From: Saprospirales bacterium
Lineage (GTDB): Bacteria; Bacteroidota; Bacteroidia; Chitinophagales; Saprospiraceae
Direction: 5' to 3'
DNA length: 64,000 bases
Assembly: GCA_002698985.1 (NCBI GenBank)
Contig: PAAY01000027.1
Span: forward strand, 11,231-75,230
Each line of letters opens with the position of its first letter. Within the stretch, counting starts at the first letter, position 1. Positions 34,661 through 44,769 of this stretch are shown piece after piece. Below the pieces are notes generated by a model. The model searched no databases. It was given only the letters and a program-made list of their open reading frames with translations, and had not been told where the DNA came from. The position numbers were made by a program, and so were the translations under genes.

Positions 34661-36118
34661 ATGCGCTGGATGAACTACCCCTGCCTTCGCTCCGCAATGA
34701 TTCTGACTGCCATTTTTTTGGTGGGATGTACTCCTGTGAAGCGCCTTTACCAGGTTGCGGAACCAGCCAGCCATCCACCGGGGGCCCCAAAATACAGCGA
34801 TGTTTGTTTCTCGAGTCGTGTGCCCCATCCGAAGAACAGTGCCGACAGCCTTGACACGTTTCGGGCGGCAGCTCAGTTTCACGCCACCTACCTCAACTGG
34901 GTTTACACCACTGATGCCGGATTTATCAGAAAAGCCGATTCCCTCGGCTTAAAAGTTCAGGTTACCTTGTCGCCAACCCTGCCCGATCTTTCCTCCGACC
35001 CACCACAAAGAAATACCGGCCGCATCCTGGATGCTGAAGGCAAAAAAGTGAGCGCCCCCTGGATGAAGGGCTGGGGCTATTGGTGGGGCTGCGTCAACCA
35101 TCCGGATTTCCGAAAATTATGGCTGACTTACATCCGGAATGCCATCGATGCCGGTGCCCACGGTTTCCAGGTGGACGATCCCGCTTTCAGTCAGTTATTT
35201 CTTCGCAACAAATGGGCGGACGTGTGCTATTGTGAACATTGCAAGGCCAAAGCAGACAGCCTGGGGATGACTCCCCCTGAAATTCAGGAGCAATCCGTAG
35301 TGGATTTTCACCGGTGGGCGAAACAACAGGCCAATGCTTACGCAGGCCGGGAGGTGCCTTTCTCCTGTAACAATTTTCGGGGCGAGTGGGAGCTTTTCCC
35401 CTTCGATGAGTTTGTTTACGGTGTTGCCGAATTGCCGGAACGGCGAGCCAATCCGGAATACATATATGCCTCCCTTCGGGAAACCCGGCGGCGGGGCAAG
35501 GCACAGGTCTTTTCCTTCGCCAATGACCGTGCTTTTCTGACGGAAAAAGTCATTGCCACAGTTTATGCCTGCGGTGGCAACCCATTGGTTCCCTGGGATG
35601 TGTGGATGGGCAGCGGAAAAGACCGCTATTACGGAAAACCGGAAGATTTTGCCCCTTTGTTCGGATTTGCAAGGGCCATAGCCCCCTGGCTCGACGGCTA
35701 TGAAGATGCCTTTTATGCCAACACGCAGGATGAATTTCGCTACACGGATGTTCGGAAACTCCCGGTTTTTTTCAGAGATTACCGCCGGCAAATTCACGCC
35801 TTCGTTCGGGCTAAACCAGGTGAGCATCATGCTCCGGTTGTGGTTCATCTGGTGGACTGGGAAGTGCTGACACAGCCTTTTGATATTTTTTTCAACGAAA
35901 AAGCATTTTTCAAAAGCGGAATCGGAAGAATAGAATTGTTGGTGCCAAAAGTATATGAGGAGTCAGAACACGATTTAGCGCAGAAGAAAAAGGATTTTTC
36001 CTCCCTGGTAATGAGGAGAGAATTACAGTCCGAGAGGGGTAACAACAAGCTTAAAGTAACGATTCCTGCCATAGAGAGAAGTTGGGCAGTACTGGTACTG
36101 TATCCGGGAAGACCTTGA
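34661..36118 (+). CDS. Lipoprotein, function unknown
   Basis: ORF trimmed to the ATG at 34661 (MRWMNYPCLRSAMILTAIFLVGC, lipobox) because the earlier ATG overlaps the terminator T tract. No confident family. Confidence 0.6.
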   Translation: MRWMNYPCLRSAMILTAIFLVGCTPVKRLYQVAEPASHPPGAPKYSDVCFSSRVPHPKNSADSLDTFRAAAQFHATYLNWVYTTDAGFIRKADSLGLKVQVTLSPTLPDLSSDPPQRNTGRILDAEGKKVSAPWMKGWGYWWGCVNHPDFRKLWLTYIRNAIDAGAHGFQVDDPAFSQLFLRNKWADVCYCEHCKAKADSLGMTPPEIQEQSVVDFHRWAKQQANAYAGREVPFSCNNFRGEWELFPFDEFVYGVAELPERRANPEYIYASLRETRRRGKAQVFSFANDRAFLTEKVIATVYACGGNPLVPWDVWMGSGKDRYYGKPEDFAPLFGFARAIAPWLDGYEDAFYANTQDEFRYTDVRKLPVFFRDYRRQIHAFVRAKPGEHHAPVVVHLVDWEVLTQPFDIFFNEKAFFKSGIGRIELLVPKVYEESEHDLAQKKKDFSSLVMRRELQSERGNNKLKVTIPAIERSWAVLVLYPGRP

Positions 36119-36166
36119 TGCGATGGCCATTGGCTTCGTTATATACAACCACTCAAACTCATCCTG

Positions 36167-39100
36167 ATGAAAAAAAAGATCCTTTTCCTTATTCTGCTAT
36201 TACCGGTTTTACTATTTGCCGACAACCCTCTTAAACCAGTTTGGGAAGCCCTCGAAAACCAGGACAGGGCCCTCGCCAGAAAGCTTCTGAACGATGCTTT
36301 GTCGGACCCGCAACACGGGGCAGACGCCATGGCGACCTTGTTGTATCTCAATAAACTGGAAGGCAATGAAAGTTCCGGGGACTTGTTCCGGGAGTGGTAC
36401 GATAAACTGCCGGATCCTTCGCCATACCTCTACGCTCTTTGGTACGAGGAAGCAGTCGCCGGAGATCCACCGGTATTTGAGTCCAAGGATATTCGGTTTT
36501 TGCAAAAGATCTCTGAGGATGCCAGGGTTCACGAGTCGGTGAAAAGTTCCTGCTATTATTCTCTGGGGATGTCGTACCTCTTGCAATGGAAAGAGAAAAA
36601 AGCACTGCCCTTGTTTGACCAAATCGGTTCGCTCAAAAACTGGCAGGTAACCGGTCCTTTTGACAACACCAACGGAAGTGGTCACGATACGGATTATCCT
36701 CCCATTCAACATCCTGAGCAGGGGGCAAAATTTGAAACCAGGGCCGGGCTGACCGTCGGCTGGTTCACTCCGACGATCTTAAGGGATCAGGGCTGGTCCG
36801 CTGTGGATGAACTTTTCGATGAAAGGGTCGGAACGGCTTATTTTCAAACCTTCGTAAAAAGCCCTGCGGATCAGAAAGTGCTGCTGTCATTGGGCGGGTA
36901 TGGTAAAATGAAAGTGTGGCTGAACGATGCACTTGCCATTGACGTAGACAAAGAGCGGCGGACCGACATGGATGTATTTGTAAGGGAAGTCAATCTGAAA
37001 CAAGGGTACAACAGAATCCTGGTACAGGTGAGTTTCACTGGGAATGTCACATATCCCAATTTCATTGTGCGGCTGCTGGATGAGAACTACAAAGTCGTCA
37101 GCGGCCTCGAGCACCAGGCTGCTTATGCCGCTTATCCCAAAGCCTCTGCCGGAGACATTGGAGAAGTTCGCCCCCATTTTGCAGAAGAATATTTCAGGAA
37201 AAAACTGGAAAATGACCCTGCCGGTGTTCAGAATTACCTCTTGTTGGCCACAGCTTATTTGAGGAGCCAGGATTTTGACCGTGCGATAAAAGTCCTCAGA
37301 AATGGACTGGAGATGTATCCCAACAACCCCTTGCTGAATTATGAGCTGATAATGACCTATCAGGAAAAAGGCAACAGGACTGAAACGCTGAGGCAATTGG
37401 AAAAACTACGTGAGTTGTCAGCTGATCTACCGGTATTTTACATGTATGATTTTGATCAGCTGTATGAGAATGAGGAGTTTCAAAAAGCCGAACAATTGAT
37501 TGACAAACTGGCTGCATTCATCGGTGATGACCACGAGAAGATTCATCAAATGCGGGTGCAGCTGATGGCTGCCCGCCAGGAGAATGAAAAACTCGTGAAA
37601 GCCATTAACCTGGGCTACCGTAAATTTAAATATAATCCATTCTTCATAAGGCTTTGGTACCTCGTTCAGAAAAATATGACCAACAATGTTTCTTATGCAA
37701 GCAACATCCTGGAAAATTTTCTGCTGGAAAGGTTCAATAGCAGCCTTTGTGATTTGCTCATCAACGAGAAAAAGTCGGTGGGCGAAATGAAGGATGCCTT
37801 GAGGTGGATAAAGAAAAGCATATTCATTTCTCCGGATGATTATGGTCCGAAAGGAATGCTCATCAATTATTACTACAACAAAAAGGACTATGACAAGGCC
37901 CTCGATGTGGTGCAGGAATTGTTTGAATTGAATCCATACCGTTCTGGAATCTGGGTAGACAAAGGCAGGATCTACGAAGCCATGGGAGAGGAAGACGAGG
38001 CAATTAGGGCGTACAAAAGGGCCTTGCAGATAAACCCGAACCTTTTTTCGGAACGGGCAAAGTTGAGAGAACTCGAGGGCAAAGGTTCCATTTACGATTA
38101 TTTTGAAAAAAAGAATGTTTACCCGGAAATATCCAGGGCGCTGGAAGCTCCCCTGGATGAGAATTACAACTTTGAATATGTTTTTTACGAAGAGAACTAT
38201 GTTGTTTATCCCGGCGGCGCATACAATAAGTACGGCACCCTCTGTGCCCGGATATTCAACCAGTCAGGGCTTGATTATTGGAAAGAAAGTGGGGTGGGCT
38301 ATCGCAACAATGAGGATTTGAATATTGACAAAGCAGAGGTTGTCAAGAAAAACGGTGAAAAAATCCGGGCCGAGATCAAGGGTAACAAAATCGTCTTTCC
38401 TTCACTGGAAGTGGGCGATGCCATTTACCTGGTGTATAAAATTGATGGGTATGCGCTCGGGCGGTTGAGTAATGAATTCTGGTACGAGTGGTTTGCCAAT
38501 TCATTCACCCCCATACGGCATTCGGTTTTCAGGCTGATGATGCCAAAGGACCTTGCACCTCAAATTGTGGTGAAAAATCTTGAAAATGACTACAAACAGG
38601 AAGCCGTTGAAGATTTCGTGAAATATGAATGGATAATTGAAAACCCTGAAGTTCTGAAAGATGAACCCTACATGCCGGCCTTCTCAGAGCTGGCAAAGCA
38701 GGTGCAGGTTTCTACCGTTGAAAGCTGGGACGAAATCGCCGAATGGTATCATTATGTTGGCTTGTCGAGTGCGGAAGAAGATATTTTTGTGGAGGATGCC
38801 TACGACGCAATATTTGGGGAAAACAATTACGAAAAACCCGTTGAAAAGGCCAGGGCCATTTACGACTATCTCTGCAATAACATCCGATATAGCTATGTTG
38901 ATTTCAGGCAAAGTGGTCAAATTCCGCAAATACCTTCGCAAACCATTACGACGCAATTGGGCGATTGCAAGGATCTTGCGACACTGTATCACGTACTGGC
39001 CAAAAAGGCAGGCCTGGAAACCCATTTGGTGCTGGTTACGACGCGTGACAACGGTGAGCAAAATATGCTGCTGCCCACTGACCAGTTTAACCATGCCATC

Positions 39101-39916
39101 ATCGCCATCGATCTACCGGAGGGGCGCCTGTTTCAGGAATTGACCGATTCGAAATTGCCCTTTGGGGCGATGCCCAATTCAAATGTGAATGCCCAGGCAC
39201 TGGTGATTCCCAACAATGGGGAGCTGGAGCAGCAAAACGATCTGATCAACCTGCCGGAGCACGGCTGGATAAAACCGGTGGATCACAACAACGTTTCGGT
39301 TTCCATAGAAGGTACCAAACTGGTGGTTAGCAACCGGATGCACGCCGTTGGCAGCGAGGCAAGTATTTACAGGAATTATCTGGCAGGATTGACCCAGGAT
39401 CGCGAGAAGGAGGAAGTGACCGGATTGATGGGAAGGCACTTCAGCAATCCGATCGAACTGGATGATTATCAGATTAAAAACCTGAATGCCAACAGCGATA
39501 CCTTTTCGATCGATGCCAGATTTTATGTAACCGGTGGAGTGCTGAAACTGGGTGGCATGTATGCTTTCAAAGTGCCTTATTTGGCGAAAATAGTGGACAG
39601 TAAAACCTTTGCCCTGACTGACAGGAAATGGCCGTTTACCTATTGGAATTACGAGTCTGCGGATGAATATGTCACGGAAGTCAGCATCAACTTGCCGGAG
39701 GGTGTTGAGATAACGGAAATGCCCGCCAATTTGACCATTCAGAATGACCTCATGGATTACCAACTGAGTTTTGAAGCTGTCAGCGGTAATCAGATCGAGG
39801 TCAGGCGGAATGTGAGAACCAACAGGAGTACCATTCCGGCATCTGAATACGATAGGCTGAAAGCGCTGGCCCAGCAAATTTTGGAGGCAGAAGAACAGCA
39901 CATTGTGTTCCGGTAA
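36167..39916 (+). CDS. Large secreted TPR + transglutaminase-like (DUF3857/DUF3858-type) protein
   Basis: 1249 aa with a signal peptide. Central TPR block. Transglutaminase-like catalytic signature GDCKDLATLYHVLAKKAGL with downstream FNHAIIAI. Confidence 0.75.
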   Translation: MKKKILFLILLLPVLLFADNPLKPVWEALENQDRALARKLLNDALSDPQHGADAMATLLYLNKLEGNESSGDLFREWYDKLPDPSPYLYALWYEEAVAGDPPVFESKDIRFLQKISEDARVHESVKSSCYYSLGMSYLLQWKEKKALPLFDQIGSLKNWQVTGPFDNTNGSGHDTDYPPIQHPEQGAKFETRAGLTVGWFTPTILRDQGWSAVDELFDERVGTAYFQTFVKSPADQKVLLSLGGYGKMKVWLNDALAIDVDKERRTDMDVFVREVNLKQGYNRILVQVSFTGNVTYPNFIVRLLDENYKVVSGLEHQAAYAAYPKASAGDIGEVRPHFAEEYFRKKLENDPAGVQNYLLLATAYLRSQDFDRAIKVLRNGLEMYPNNPLLNYELIMTYQEKGNRTETLRQLEKLRELSADLPVFYMYDFDQLYENEEFQKAEQLIDKLAAFIGDDHEKIHQMRVQLMAARQENEKLVKAINLGYRKFKYNPFFIRLWYLVQKNMTNNVSYASNILENFLLERFNSSLCDLLINEKKSVGEMKDALRWIKKSIFISPDDYGPKGMLINYYYNKKDYDKALDVVQELFELNPYRSGIWVDKGRIYEAMGEEDEAIRAYKRALQINPNLFSERAKLRELEGKGSIYDYFEKKNVYPEISRALEAPLDENYNFEYVFYEENYVVYPGGAYNKYGTLCARIFNQSGLDYWKESGVGYRNNEDLNIDKAEVVKKNGEKIRAEIKGNKIVFPSLEVGDAIYLVYKIDGYALGRLSNEFWYEWFANSFTPIRHSVFRLMMPKDLAPQIVVKNLENDYKQEAVEDFVKYEWIIENPEVLKDEPYMPAFSELAKQVQVSTVESWDEIAEWYHYVGLSSAEEDIFVEDAYDAIFGENNYEKPVEKARAIYDYLCNNIRYSYVDFRQSGQIPQIPSQTITTQLGDCKDLATLYHVLAKKAGLETHLVLVTTRDNGEQNMLLPTDQFNHAIIAIDLPEGRLFQELTDSKLPFGAMPNSNVNAQALVIPNNGELEQQNDLINLPEHGWIKPVDHNNVSVSIEGTKLVVSNRMHAVGSEASIYRNYLAGLTQDREKEEVTGLMGRHFSNPIELDDYQIKNLNANSDTFSIDARFYVTGGVLKLGGMYAFKVPYLAKIVDSKTFALTDRKWPFTYWNYESADEYVTEVSINLPEGVEITEMPANLTIQNDLMDYQLSFEAVSGNQIEVRRNVRTNRSTIPASEYDRLKALAQQILEAEEQHIVFR

Positions 39917-39925
39917 ATTCCTCAG

Positions 39926-39968
39926 GCCCCGGTGGAGTTCCCAATCCCCACCGGGGCTTGTATCTTTG
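39926..39968 (+). terminator. Probable terminator after the transglutaminase-like gene
   Basis: 10-bp perfect stem GCCCCGGTGG / CCACCGGGGC with a 12-nt loop, followed by TTGTATCTTTG. Confidence 0.55.
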
Positions 39969-39991
39969 CCAGGCACCAAAGCCGGCACAGC

Positions 39992-41092
39992 TTGCACTTA
40001 GAAAAGCTCATACTCACCCATTTCCGCAATTACGAATTTCAATCCCTGGAATTTGCGCCCAGGCTCAACCTGGTGGTAGGCCTCAACGGCATGGGCAAAA
40101 CCAACCTGCTGGATGCGGTTTATTACCTGTGCATGGGCAAAAGCCAGTTCAGTGGCAATGACCGAAATGTGCGTCAGAAAGGTGCTGACTTTTTTCGCCT
40201 GGAGGGATATTTTCAAAATAACGGCGGCCAGCAAAAAGTGGTGGCCAAAGTGATTCCGGGACAGCTCAAGCAACTTGAACTGGACGACAAAGCCTACGAC
40301 AAACTGAGCGACCATGTGGGACATTTCCCGGTGGTGTTCAAAGCCCCTGACGATACCGCACTGGCGCTGGAAGGCAGCGAGGAACGGCGGCGCTTTGTTG
40401 ACAATACCCTGTGCCAGTTGGACAATCGCTACCTGGCCGAACTTATGGAGTACAACCGCCTGCTGCAAAGGCGCAACGCCGCCCTCAAACAAATGGCCGA
40501 GCAACACCGCTGGGACCCGACCCTGCTCCAGGTTTACGACGAAAAAATGAAAGTGCCGGCAGAGTACATCCTCCAACGGCGCACGTCTTTTGTGCAGGAT
40601 TTCGAACCGGTGTTCAACCGGCAGTTTACAGTGATCAGCGGAGGCAAAGAGCAGGTGCACATCAAATTCAAATCTCAGCTTCAGGATACGGGATTCAAGA
40701 GCCTGATGGAGGCCAACCGTGAAAAAGATCGCATTCTGCAACGGACCACCGGCGGCATTCACAAAGACGACCTGGGCTTCCAACTCAATGACATGCCCCT
40801 GAAGCGATTCGCTTCGCAAGGGCAACTCAAATCTTTCGTGCTGGCACTGAAGCTGGCGCAATACGAATTGCTGAAACAACAAAAACAATTCAAACCCATC
40901 CTCCTGCTGGATGACCTCTTCGACAAACTGGACGACGAGCGGGTGAACCATCTCATCCGCCTGCTCGTAGAAGGGGATTTCGGGCAGGTCTTCATCACCG
41001 ATACCCACCCCGAAAAAGCAGAGGCCATTGCCCGCAACTTCGGTGGTGAATACCGCAAATTTGTGGTTGAGGCGGGAACGGTGGCGGTGTGA
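39992..41092 (+). CDS. recF: DNA replication and repair protein RecF
   Basis: Walker A GLNGMGKTNLLDA and signature/Walker B region LLLDDLFDKLD. Start placed at the TTG at 39992 (HLEKLILTHFRNY), because the ATG at 39932 would lie inside the upstream terminator hairpin. The start remains uncertain. Confidence 0.85.
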   Translation: MHLEKLILTHFRNYEFQSLEFAPRLNLVVGLNGMGKTNLLDAVYYLCMGKSQFSGNDRNVRQKGADFFRLEGYFQNNGGQQKVVAKVIPGQLKQLELDDKAYDKLSDHVGHFPVVFKAPDDTALALEGSEERRRFVDNTLCQLDNRYLAELMEYNRLLQRRNAALKQMAEQHRWDPTLLQVYDEKMKVPAEYILQRRTSFVQDFEPVFNRQFTVISGGKEQVHIKFKSQLQDTGFKSLMEANREKDRILQRTTGGIHKDDLGFQLNDMPLKRFASQGQLKSFVLALKLAQYELLKQQKQFKPILLLDDLFDKLDDERVNHLIRLLVEGDFGQVFITDTHPEKAEAIARNFGGEYRKFVVEAGTVAV

Positions 41093-41132
41093 TCCGCCGG
41101 CTGGCGGATGAGGAACTGAGGATTTGAGGAAC
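41092..41132. repeat. Hairpin plus GAGGAACT-type octamer module
   Basis: ATCCGCC-GGCT-GGCGGAT overlaps the recF stop. GAGGAACTGAGGATTTGAGGAAC follows; it is the reverse complement of the octamers at about 43990-44030. Confidence 0.75.
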
Positions 41133-41294
41133 CCCTGTTGTTGCCATTGAAAACCCTGTGGCTCGTCACGAGCTTTGCTCGTTGACGCTTTTAAGTTGCG
41201 GCCTCTGGCCGCTTCATGGTCTTTTGATAGGCGACACAGGATATTAGAAAGCGATGAATCACAACACATTAACCATTAATCAATCACAGCATCC

Positions 41295-41972
41295 GTGGTC
41301 GTAGATCTAAAAGAAGTTGACATTTTTCAGGGCGGCAAGCTCGTTCTCGAAAAAGTGAATTTGCAAATCAGCAAGGGCGAATTCGTTTACCTCATTGGCA
41401 AAACCGGAAGCGGCAAAAGTAGCCTGCTGAAAACCCTGTACGCCGCCCTGCCGCTGGAAAAGGGCCGTGGCACAGTGGCCGGCTTCGACCTTGCGAAACT
41501 CAACCGCAAGACCATACCGCTTTTGCGACGGAAGCTCGGCATCGTCTTTCAGGATTTCAACCTCCTCGATGACCGCAGCGTGGAAGACAACCTCCTTTTT
41601 GCCCTGAAAGCCAGTGGCTGGAAAGACCAGAATAAAATGAAGCAGCGCATCGATGAATTGTTGAAGAAAGTCGGACTGGAGGGCAAAAACGGGCACATGC
41701 CGCACACCATTTCCGGTGGGGAGCAGCAGCGGGTGGTCATCGCCCGGGCACTGCTCAACGATCCCGAACTCATCATTGCCGACGAGCCTACCGGAAACCT
41801 GGACCCCGAAACCAGTGACGACATCCTTCTGCTGCTTCGCAAACTGGCCAGCGAAAACAACACCGCCGTCCTCTTTGCCACCCACGACTACCGGATTCTG
41901 GAAAGCTTTCCCGCCCGCATCCTGCGCTGCCACGACCGCCGTGTTTTTGACGAAGATGAGGTGATGATCTGA
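41295..41972 (+). CDS. ftsE: FtsE-like ABC transporter ATP-binding protein
   Basis: GTG start. Walker A GKTGSGKSS, signature ISGGEQQRV and Walker B LIIADEPTGNLD. No FtsX gene is adjacent. Confidence 0.7.
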   Translation: MVVDLKEVDIFQGGKLVLEKVNLQISKGEFVYLIGKTGSGKSSLLKTLYAALPLEKGRGTVAGFDLAKLNRKTIPLLRRKLGIVFQDFNLLDDRSVEDNLLFALKASGWKDQNKMKQRIDELLKKVGLEGKNGHMPHTISGGEQQRVVIARALLNDPELIIADEPTGNLDPETSDDILLLLRKLASENNTAVLFATHDYRILESFPARILRCHDRRVFDEDEVMI

Positions 41973-42005
41973 GAACCTTTCTGCTGATTTGCGGTTGTTG
42001 CCTGC

Positions 42006-43325
42006 ATGAAAAACTGCGCCATATTCTGGTTCCGCCGGGACCTGCGGCTTGAAGACAATGCCGGCCTTTACCACGCACTCCGGAGCGGCCTTCCGGTTCT
42101 GCCAATTTTTATTTTTGACACCAACATTCTGGATGAATTGCCCGACAGGGATGATGCCCGGGTGACCTTTATCCATCGGGAAGTGAGCCGCCTTTCCGGT
42201 GAACTGAAAAAACTGGGCAGTTCCCTGCTCGTCTTGCATGGGAAGCCTTTGGATATCTGGCAGGAGCTCATCAAAAACCACCAGCCCAAAGCCGTTTTTA
42301 CCAACTCCGATTACGAACCGTACGCCCGGGAGCGCGATGCCGCTGTGGAGAAATTGCTGAAAGGCAAAGGCATTCCCTTTTACACTTTCAAAGACCAGGT
42401 CATCTTCGAGAAAGATGAGGTGCTCAAAGACAATGGCGAGCCGTACACCGTTTTCACACCTTACTCCAAAAAGTGGAAGCAAAAGCTGGATTTACCTGCC
42501 TTCGGCCAAAACTCACCCGCTTTGCAAGCCTTCCCTTCGGAGAAATACCTCGACAATTTTTTGAAGATTGGGCCGCAACCACTGCCTTCCCTGGAGGCAC
42601 TGGGTTTCAAGGCTTCAGGCATCGAGTTTCCGCCAAAGTCGGTGCCGCAGAAGCTGATCATGAATTACGACAAGACCCGGGATTTTCCCGGCCTGGATGC
42701 CACCTCCCGGCTGGGGGTGCACTTCCGTTTCGGAACCATCAGCATCCGTGAAAAGGCCCGGAAAGCACTCCAGCTGAATCAGACCTTCCTCAATGAACTC
42801 ATCTGGCGGGAATTTTACAGTATGATCCTTTGGCACTTTCCCCAGGTGGTCACCAATGCTTTTAAACCAAAATACGATCTCATTCGCTGGCGCAACGACG
42901 AGGAGGATTTCCGGCGCTGGTGCGAGGGCCTGACGGGGTTTCCCCTGGTGGACGCAGGTATGCGGCAATTGAAAGCCACTGGCCACATGCACAACCGGGT
43001 GCGCATGCTGGCCGCCAGTTTTCTGACGAAAGACCTGCTGATTGATTGGCGATGGGGCGAGGCCTGGTTTGCCCGCTACCTGCTCGATTTCGAGCTGGCC
43101 AGCAACAACGGTGGCTGGCAATGGGCGGCAGGCTGCGGCACCGATGCGGCCCCCTATTTCCGGATTTTCAACCCGGAAACCCAGCTTAAAAAATTCGACC
43201 CCGATTTGACTTATGTAAAAAAATGGATACCGGAATACGGCACATCGGAATACCCCGCTCCCATGCTCGATCACAGCGAGGCCAGAAAGCGCTGTCTGGA
43301 GGTGTACCGGGAGGCGCTGCGCTGA
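42006..43325 (+). CDS. Deoxyribodipyrimidine photolyase / cryptochrome-family protein
   Basis: N-terminal IFWFRRDLRLEDNAGL and C-terminal FAD-binding motifs (GFPLVDAGMRQL, MHNRVRM, WQWAAGCGTDAAPYFRIFNP). Confidence 0.88.
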   Translation: MKNCAIFWFRRDLRLEDNAGLYHALRSGLPVLPIFIFDTNILDELPDRDDARVTFIHREVSRLSGELKKLGSSLLVLHGKPLDIWQELIKNHQPKAVFTNSDYEPYARERDAAVEKLLKGKGIPFYTFKDQVIFEKDEVLKDNGEPYTVFTPYSKKWKQKLDLPAFGQNSPALQAFPSEKYLDNFLKIGPQPLPSLEALGFKASGIEFPPKSVPQKLIMNYDKTRDFPGLDATSRLGVHFRFGTISIREKARKALQLNQTFLNELIWREFYSMILWHFPQVVTNAFKPKYDLIRWRNDEEDFRRWCEGLTGFPLVDAGMRQLKATGHMHNRVRMLAASFLTKDLLIDWRWGEAWFARYLLDFELASNNGGWQWAAGCGTDAAPYFRIFNPETQLKKFDPDLTYVKKWIPEYGTSEYPAPMLDHSEARKRCLEVYREALR

Positions 43326-43329
43326 GGCT

Positions 43330-43851
43330 TCATTCCTCCGGCTGGAATTTCAAGGCAGCAGAATTGATGCAATAGCGCAGTCCCGTGGGCTTGGGGCCAT
43401 CTTCAAACACATGCCCCAGGTGGCCGCCGCAGCGGGCACAGCGCACCTCTGTCCGCACCATTCCGAAGCTGGTATCTTTAACTTCCTCGATGCAGTAATC
43501 GTTGAGCGGCTGGTAGTAGCTTGGCCAGCCCGTGCCGCTTTCAAACTTCGTTTCCGACGAAAACAGCGGAAAGCCGCAGGCCCGGCAGGTGTAGATTCCG
43601 TCCTCGTGGTTGTTCCAGTACTCGCCGGTAAAGGCCCTTTCGGTGCCTCCCTCCCGCAGTACGTAATACTCAAAAGGCGCCAGCACCTCTTTCCATTCTT
43701 CCTTGCTTTTGATCACTTTTTGAATGGTGTCGCCTTCCGGCGTAATGATTGGACTGGCATCCACGGCCATGCTGTGTGCCTGCTGCGCCTGGTTGCAGCC
43801 AGGACCCAGCAGCAGAATTAGAAGTGGCAGGTAGTTTATGATGCGGTGCAT
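43330..43851 (-). CDS. msrB: Peptide-methionine (R)-S-oxide reductase MsrB (exported/lipoprotein form)
   Basis: Two CxxC zinc motifs ([20 protein letters not shown]) and the catalytic RYCINS. N-terminal signal with LLGPGC. Confidence 0.9.
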   Translation of the reverse strand: MHRIINYLPLLILLLGPGCNQAQQAHSMAVDASPIITPEGDTIQKVIKSKEEWKEVLAPFEYYVLREGGTERAFTGEYWNNHEDGIYTCRACGFPLFSSETKFESGTGWPSYYQPLNDYCIEEVKDTSFGMVRTEVRCARCGGHLGHVFEDGPKPTGLRYCINSAALKFQPEE

Positions 43852-44062
43852 TTTGTTATGATTATGAGGATTATGGAGGATTATATGGATTATGGAGGAT
43901 TATATGGATTATGGAGGTTGTTGTCGGTTGTCGGTTCCTTAATTTCTGAGCCCCTCATGCCGATAGCTATCGGCATCGGTATCGGGGCTCAGTTCCTCAG
44001 TTCCTCGGTTCCTCAAATCTTCAAATCTTCAAATCTTCAGTTCTTCAGTTCTTCAATTCCTC
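43852..44062 (+). repeat. Mosaic repeat locus, left member of an inverted pair
   Basis: (GGATTATNNN)-type units, (GTTGTCG)x2, a unique stretch GTTCCTTAATTTCTGAGCCCCTC, the perfect 20-bp palindrome ATGCCGATAGCTATCGGCAT at 43957-43976, then octamer arrays (AGTTCCTC, AAATCTTC, AGTTCTTC). Confidence 0.9.
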
Positions 44063-44621
44063 ATTCCTCCAACACCAATCTAATGTTCCAGTTCACGCTT
44101 TGGCCGGTTCTTTCTTCGAAGGTCTTCCAATCGCCGTCGGTGCTGAGGAAGAGCCAGTCGCCGTCGTTTTTGCGGGGGCCGGCATCGCAGCCGATGGACT
44201 GTTGTTCGGCCGGGTGCTGCACCTGAACGGATACCCAAAGGTCTTCATCACCGATGGTGAGGTCAGGGCCGATGGTATGGGTATTCCATGCAGGGGTGTT
44301 CAGGTCATTGGTGACAGTGGCCTGGTACAGGCTGGAGCCGGGTTGGGTGGCCGTGCCCTGGCCGTAAATCCGCACCTTGCAGTCTGCCGGGTTGTTGCCG
44401 GCAAAAAAGCTGACGGCCTGAATTCGTTTGCCCTTGTGGGCAGCCAGATCAGCAGCGGGGAATCTCACAGCCAGTTCGTGAATGCCGGGTGCCAGCAAGG
44501 GTCCCGAAAAATTATCGCCGTCGTAATGCAGCACATTGTTTCCGGTGGGGGCGGGGCTTTCGTCTTTTTGGCAGGAAAGGGTCAGGGTCAGCATTGCAAT
44601 TGCGAAGAAAAAATACTTCAT
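44061..44621 (-). CDS. Lipoprotein, function unknown
   Basis: MKYFFFAIAMLTLTLSC lipobox. 186 aa, beta-rich. Confidence 0.6.
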   Translation of the reverse strand: MKYFFFAIAMLTLTLSCQKDESPAPTGNNVLHYDGDNFSGPLLAPGIHELAVRFPAADLAAHKGKRIQAVSFFAGNNPADCKVRIYGQGTATQPGSSLYQATVTNDLNTPAWNTHTIGPDLTIGDEDLWVSVQVQHPAEQQSIGCDAGPRKNDGDWLFLSTDGDWKTFEERTGQSVNWNIRLVLEE

Positions 44622-44769
44622 GGTCAGACAGGTTTTGGTGTAAAGCTATCTCCCACCAACATTTGCCGTAGGCGAAGCCGGGATAATTAACAGCCTTTTA
44701 GCAGCTGCAGGCAGATTTGACCTAAAAGGAATCCTGAGCCGGTTATCTTTGGCGCCAAATAAAATCAAC

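Noticed and set aside
39998-42482. Minus-strand ORFs 39998-41269 (423 aa) and 41307-42482 (391 aa)
   Set aside because: They are antisense to recF, ftsE-like and photolyase, all of which carry unambiguous motifs. The antisense ORFs have no recognisable motifs of their own.
43846-44226. ORFs translating repeat arrays (43846-44226, 47151-47354, 47231-47506, 23626-23882, 62-298)
   Set aside because: The peptides (for example MEDYGGLWRIMEDYGGL...) are just tandem repeats read in frame. The same look-alike ORFs appear on whichever strand the repeat lies.
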